NCBI GenBank assembly: GCA_963713605.1
Contig: CAVQMO010000005.1
Location: 192,001 to 256,000 of the forward strand
DNA from: an uncultured Nitrososphaerales archaeon
Lineage (GTDB): Archaea; Thermoproteota; Nitrososphaeria; Nitrososphaerales; Nitrososphaeraceae
DNA length: 64,000 bases
Reading direction: 5' to 3'
Part shown: one piece after another, positions 59,387 through 64,000 of the stretch
How positions within the stretch are numbered: position 1 is the stretch's first letter
Layout: each line of letters begins with the position of its first letter
Notes under the pieces: model-generated
Seen by the model: only the letters and a program-made list of their open reading frames with translations
The model's database searches: none
Told to the model about the DNA's origin: nothing
Position numbers and translations under genes: made by a program

Positions 59387-60266
59387 ATGGAACTAGAAAG
59401 GAAACGACGTATTCTATCCAAAGCAGGAAGCGGGCTAGCATTGCTAACTTTGTTGACTTTGAGTAGTATGACGATGGGCGTTATGTCGGTAGCAGCACAG
59501 CAACAACAGCAAGATGGAATGACTACAGGAGCCGATGCATCGTCATTCGCTTCACTGTCAGAGCAACAGGCGGTAGCTTCACAGACCCAAGCAGCATCAA
59601 CAAACGCAGCATGTGGACAAGTGGTAAGCGGAGTAGTAAATCTAACTGCAAATCTTAACTGCAGTGGAGATGGTATCATAGTAGGTGGTCCAAACACAGT
59701 AATTAACATGAATGGATTCTCAATCACAGGACCTGGACAGGACAGACTCTAAAGTTGGGATTATGGTACCAAATGTTGATAATGTAGTAGTAAATGGACC
59801 TGGTTCACTCAGCAACTTCCAAGCAGGAGTACTTCTTACTGGAGCAAATGGATTTACGATTAATTCTGTCATACTATCTAACAACCAGATAGGTACATTT
59901 ATGACAGGAGCTGAAAATGCACAAGTAAAACAAAACATCATACAGGGTAATAGTATAGGTGTAGCATCTCACTCAAGTACAGGTGGTGCTATAGACTCAA
60001 ACCTTATGAATGGCAACTTGCTAGCAGGAATAACATTTGTCAACACACAACAGTCCAGTGTAGGAATGAACAATGTAGTTGGAAGTCAGAATGGAGTATT
60101 TCTAGATGGACAGAGCAAACAGAATACAATATCAGCAAATAACGTACTTGAGAATGTAATTGACCTTAACAATGCAAACGGACTACCAACAAACATCAAC
60201 GCAAATCAATATGTGGACAACAGCTGTCAGACAAGTAATCCAAGTGGTCTGTGTATAGGAAGGTAG
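59387..60266 (+). CDS. secreted beta-helix protein, copy 3; indel at 59744-59748
   Basis: Same core as copies 1 and 2, with a longer Gln/Ala/Ser-rich N-terminal linker; inverted orientation. Confidence 0.87.
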
Positions 60267-60767
60267 TAAAGTACAGGAGAATAAAGAACCTCCGCTTCAC
60301 TAATTTTTTATCAACCAGATAAGAGCTAATATTGAAAAGGGTAATGACGGAAGAGAATCTGGAGCCAATCCTCATTAGGTTGAAATAGTTTATTTAGAGC
60401 CAATGTGAAAATAATGTAAAGGAGAGCTGTGAGTTAAACTAGCCTTCTGTGTTTAGTTTGTTTAATTGTTCCGCTTGTTAGTTATCCAGACCTAATACTG
60501 ATGTCCAGAAACACTAGCTGATCCAATTACGTAATATGGATTCGGTTTTGCTACTGATATGATTTAACCGTCATTCCTATAACGGAAACAATTGACTGTT
60601 CACAAGAAACTCTCATCCAATAATGTAGTGAATAGTGATATGCTAGTATCATTAAAAGAGGGAGTACTACAAATAATGAGAGTTAAGTAACTATATAACC
60701 TTAGATAAACCATTAGCGGTATTAAATTTGATCGGCAGATGCATATCTTTTCCCAAAGCCGTAAACC

Positions 60768-62082
60768 CTAATTACACAAGATCTTAGGAGCCTCAACTAC
60801 GACGCCATATTTTTTATCAACAAGTCGGGCTAGCTTTTGAGGGAAGTTTTGTTTATACCGTGTATTCAAGCCATACATACTAGGTAATCCATTTAGCATC
60901 ATTTCGAAGCTGCCAACAATAATCAGTTTTTCCTTCGAACGAGAAATTGCTACGTTCAGATCTTGTAGTGAACCAAGCGCGCCGACCAATCTTTCTGGAT
61001 TATTTCTGACTAAGGAGAAAATTACGATATCTGCTTGTGTTCCCAATGCACCCGTCGTTGTCAAGACTCTGGTCTCAATGTCTAGATGCTGAAGATATTT
61101 TGATATCGTACGCCTTTGTTCTGTATATCTTGTTACTAATGAAATCGACTTTGAGGGAGCTACCCTTTTAAGTTCACAACAGAGCCGAACACAGGCTTTT
61201 GCTTCTACTTCATTATACCATGAACTGGGACCTCCCATTTGTTCGTTGCCATTCAGATTTACCCAGGTAGTAACTTCCTCTGGATTAAGAATCTGCTTAA
61301 AGTTCTCATCAATAGGATACTTCGCTCCAAACCTCCGACTTGCAATTTCAGGAGCCGAATTTAACCCACCATAATCAGCAAACTCATCAACCAACATTGC
61401 CAGCCTATCCGGTAGCCGATGGGTAGTAAAGAGTGTGTCATACTTGGCACACTTAAGTACCCATTCCATAGCACTAAGATCATAATCCGCTAACCCTATA
61501 GGTCTTGATTGCTTAGGATCACCCACAACCGTAGCTACGATTCCACACTTTGATGCAAGTTCGATTATATTATTGGTTTCATAGGAAATGTTCCCTTTCA
61601 TCAGATGAATACCTAACTGATTGATTCCGAGAGCAAAAGGTGACAAAAGATGCTCCAGCCTTTCAATACCAGCTTCATCAATAATCATATTATCAAATTT
61701 TATCGAAGCGGATAACCGTTTGAGAGATTGTGTAGTGCAGATCACGATTTTCTTCAGCTCTGACGAATTCAATATTATTGCTAAAAGGTATAGGGAGTCT
61801 AGGATCAGCTCCAGGCGCGTAGCCGCATCTAACACATAGGAATTTTGATCCTTCAGGGCCTAAAACCATACTCAACTCTCTAGTAAACTCGTTGGCAGCC
61901 GAATTGGTAAAGGCTACTAAGAGCACATTTTTAGCATATCCTTCGCAGATCATCTTGACTGCAAGAAAACTACCCGTAGTTGTTTTTCCACATCCTGCCG
62001 GTCCGATCACACCAGCCACCCCTCCTGATTTGACCCGCCAGTTCAATATTCTAGATTGATCTGGATTGAGTTTTATCGTCAT
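60768..62082 (-). CDS. compact SF1 UPF1/Dna2-like helicase, indel at ~61755
   Basis: LNPDQ, GPAGCGKTT, AFTNSAA, IIDEAG, VGDPKQ, THRL, NEVEA, LNVAISRSK; frames join as FVRAKKIVICTT next to AGCT 61756-61759 (~437 aa). Confidence 0.88.
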
Positions 62083-63440
62083 ACTAAAAGCTCAGCTGGA
62101 ATAAACATATCAGCAGCTAATTTGTGAAACTGATGGATAGGTCGTAGCATACTTCGAGTAAGATTAAGCTCATCCCTAAGTAAGATGATCGGTAAATGAA
62201 AGAGTTGTCTCTTAGCCCTTCGTACAGCAATCTTAGATCTAAAGCTAAGAGTAATTTTATTATTTCTGACGTCCATTACACTAGCCTGTTCACTGATACA
62301 AGAGAGAATTGACTTGCCTGGTTCCATACCTATTATCCTTACAATCCTACGTGGCTCAAGCGGAATGTTATCGTCAGCTCTGGAAAATATAACTTTTTCA
62401 TCAATATCAAAATCATAAGAGTATCCCCGGCAGAGTATGCCGATTTTTTCCAGCCTACGCAGGGCTTCTCCCTCTCCATGTTTGCTTATCAGCGCAGAAA
62501 CCACATGTTTGTGTAAGTGGGTTTCTGCTCTCTCCTTCAGGATGGCGTAGCGTTTAGCAAAAAATTGCTTTGTCATCTTTTCATACTGAGCTGGTAATTT
62601 GCCTTCGTACGCTAGTCTAGCATCACGCTGGTAGAAAACACATTCTTTGCTTCCCTCTAAGCCTTTATCGCAGATGGGACAGAATTTTGGTCTCTGAACG
62701 CGAACCCTTTCCCCACAAAGGACCATGTGAGCAAATTGTCTATTAGTCTTAATTCTATCTACCTCCTTTCTGGTTGTTTCTGTCTTAGGGAAGTACACTC
62801 CACCGTTGTGTACTATGCATGAAAAATTGTGTCCCGTCCAATCATCTTCGTTGCGTCGGTATCTAAAATTTGCAAGCAGAGTGTTGGCAATGAGTTGCCA
62901 TTTCTCTCGGCCACTAATGGCATTGCTAAGATTGTAACTCTTCCAGTCTAGCAAACCATATCCACTAGGATACTCTAAAAGTGCGTCGATCCTACCTTCG
63001 TGATGGTCCTTGATATTTGTAATTGTAACTTCGGTTAGGACTCTTGACGGTCTTTCATGCTTCTTCATCAATCTCCTGGTCATTCCCATGATAAGACCAT
63101 TATAGATATCTTTGACTTGGAGTTCAAAATCGTCTTGGACAAATCTATTTTCTCGGTACACGCCGTCTAAGGTATCTTTAATTATAGTGTTTATTATTTC
63201 GGAAGATTCATTTACTATTCTTTTGGCAATTTGTTCATAATTCTCTAATCCTCTATGCCAATTTTCAAGAATTGGGCCGCTCATGCACAAGCTCATTATG
63301 TCATGAACAGAATTGGCGACCAAGTAGTCCTTATCACTTCTAGTTGCTCCGAATGGGTAATCAAGTTTGAAAAGATTTTGGCAGACACATGCTGTGGCAA
63401 TTTCTGAGGACTGTACGAGATGGGTCTGGGATTTTCGCAA
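62079..63440 (-). CDS. Cas4/AddB/Dna2-like PD-(D/E)xK nuclease with putative Fe-S cysteines and C-terminal extension
   Basis: S.IA..C.C, N..H, TE...., GRIDALL, LLDWKS, WQL, CPIC-x9-C; overlaps the helicase start by ATGA. Confidence 0.8.
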   Translation of the reverse strand: MRKSQTHLVQSSEIATACVCQNLFKLDYPFGATRSDKDYLVANSVHDIMSLCMSGPILENWHRGLENYEQIAKRIVNESSEIINTIIKDTLDGVYRENRFVQDDFELQVKDIYNGLIMGMTRRLMKKHERPSRVLTEVTITNIKDHHEGRIDALLEYPSGYGLLDWKSYNLSNAISGREKWQLIANTLLANFRYRRNEDDWTGHNFSCIVHNGGVYFPKTETTRKEVDRIKTNRQFAHMVLCGERVRVQRPKFCPICDKGLEGSKECVFYQRDARLAYEGKLPAQYEKMTKQFFAKRYAILKERAETHLHKHVVSALISKHGEGEALRRLEKIGILCRGYSYDFDIDEKVIFSRADDNIPLEPRRIVRIIGMEPGKSILSCISEQASVMDVRNNKITLSFRSKIAVRRAKRQLFHLPIILLRDELNLTRSMLRPIHQFHKLAADMFIPAELLV

Positions 63441-64000
63441 ATAGTCATATGTTTTTCTGACATCAATAATATCACTATTCGAGTTTATATTTTCCCCCTC
63501 CCCTCTAAATTCATTAATTTTGCAGACGGTCGGTGCTTGCGTATGCCAGGAGACGATCGTCCATCTATAGATGCATCAGATGTCAATATTTAAGCTGAAG
63601 ATACCGTGATCGGGAGGGGGAGAGGGGTATGCTCTTGAGTAGATTAAACAAAGTAGACATTAAGAGGAATCAATTCAGCGCATTTGCTCATACGCAGTGC
63701 AGGCAAAGGAACTGTCATAAAGTAAACTAGGAGCTTCTATTGAATTGTCCTCGAATTCGATATGAGCAATAGATTCAGATAATATTACTACTGTATATGA
63801 TGCAATGCTCTGAAAACTAATTGTAAATATACATGATGAAGCTAAAGGTTTTTGAAGCGATGGAAATAAAATTGGAATTAACATCTAACTCTAAAGATAT
63901 TACTGAAATCTTTGATGTCTCTCTGTAGGTAAAGCAACGGAATTAGGACTCGAAATGAAGGAGTCTGAAATACGATATAGAGGCAATAGTGAAATTAATG

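Noticed and set aside
59730..59755. Programmed ribosomal frameshift shared by all three beta-helix copies (GGACAGGACAGACTCTAA)
   Set aside because: There is no slippery heptamer. The site is AGACT, the same AGCT-linked +1 error seen in many unrelated genes, and removing one base gives a smooth GPGQDSSKVG. Identical context would give an identical systematic error. Only orthogonal sequencing could revive this idea.
10617..60266. Diversity-generating retroelement (template/variable repeats) among the three copies
   Set aside because: No reverse transcriptase in the window and almost no substitutions between copies, so no adenine-specific variation.
9534..61839. Numerous 60-120 aa antisense ORFs (e.g. 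9534, 11157, 13980, 15644, 21245, 36540, 39659, 59365, 61621)
   Set aside because: They lie opposite well-supported genes and have no motifs of their own.
3364..62082. Massive pseudogenisation or genome decay
   Set aside because: The broken genes retain intact catalytic motifs and lack in-frame nonsense decay. Breaks are 1-2 nt indels concentrated at two tetramers, homopolymers or repeats, which points to sequencing error.
62079..63440. CRISPR-associated Cas4 / CRISPR locus
   Set aside because: No repeat-spacer array, cas1 or cas2 in the window; the protein is about twice Cas4 length and coupled to a helicase.
63675..63884. 69 aa ORF as a third gene of the nuclease-helicase module
   Set aside because: No recognisable motif, a 235-bp gap to the nuclease, and it is close to the window edge; cannot be supported.

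Overview
AT-rich archaeal chromosomal DNA, most likely from a soil ammonia-oxidising archaeon (Nitrososphaeraceae). This is inferred from gene content: parvulin, DUF1059, DUF6659-like protein, two-domain multicopper oxidase, F420/PNPOx proteins, PQQ sugar dehydrogenase, dCache-HAMP kinase, stand-alone receiver, and TATA boxes close to start codons. The window is accessory: about 55 mostly monocistronic genes, many of them secreted proteins. I found no rRNA, no convincing tRNA, no CRISPR array and no transposase. Main observations: (1) Many genes are broken by 1-2 nt indels, and about 18 fall on or beside reconstructed AGCT or GTAC tetramers. This looks like methylation-induced long-read errors rather than real pseudogenes. 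(2) A secreted beta-helix gene occurs three times with a near-identical ~670 bp core, different N-termini, mosaic polymorphisms and a conserved promoter. (3) A translationally coupled pair, a Cas4/AddB-like Fe-S PD-(D/E)xK nuclease plus a compact UPF1-like helicase, looks like a split Dna2 and is a candidate defence or repair system. (4) xpb and bax1 lie ~39 kb apart in an arrangement that one inversion would re-join. (5) A 2 kb ORF-poor tract is rich in GC-stem hairpins, and there are several clustered DNA motifs. All family calls come from motif recognition by eye; no searches were run.
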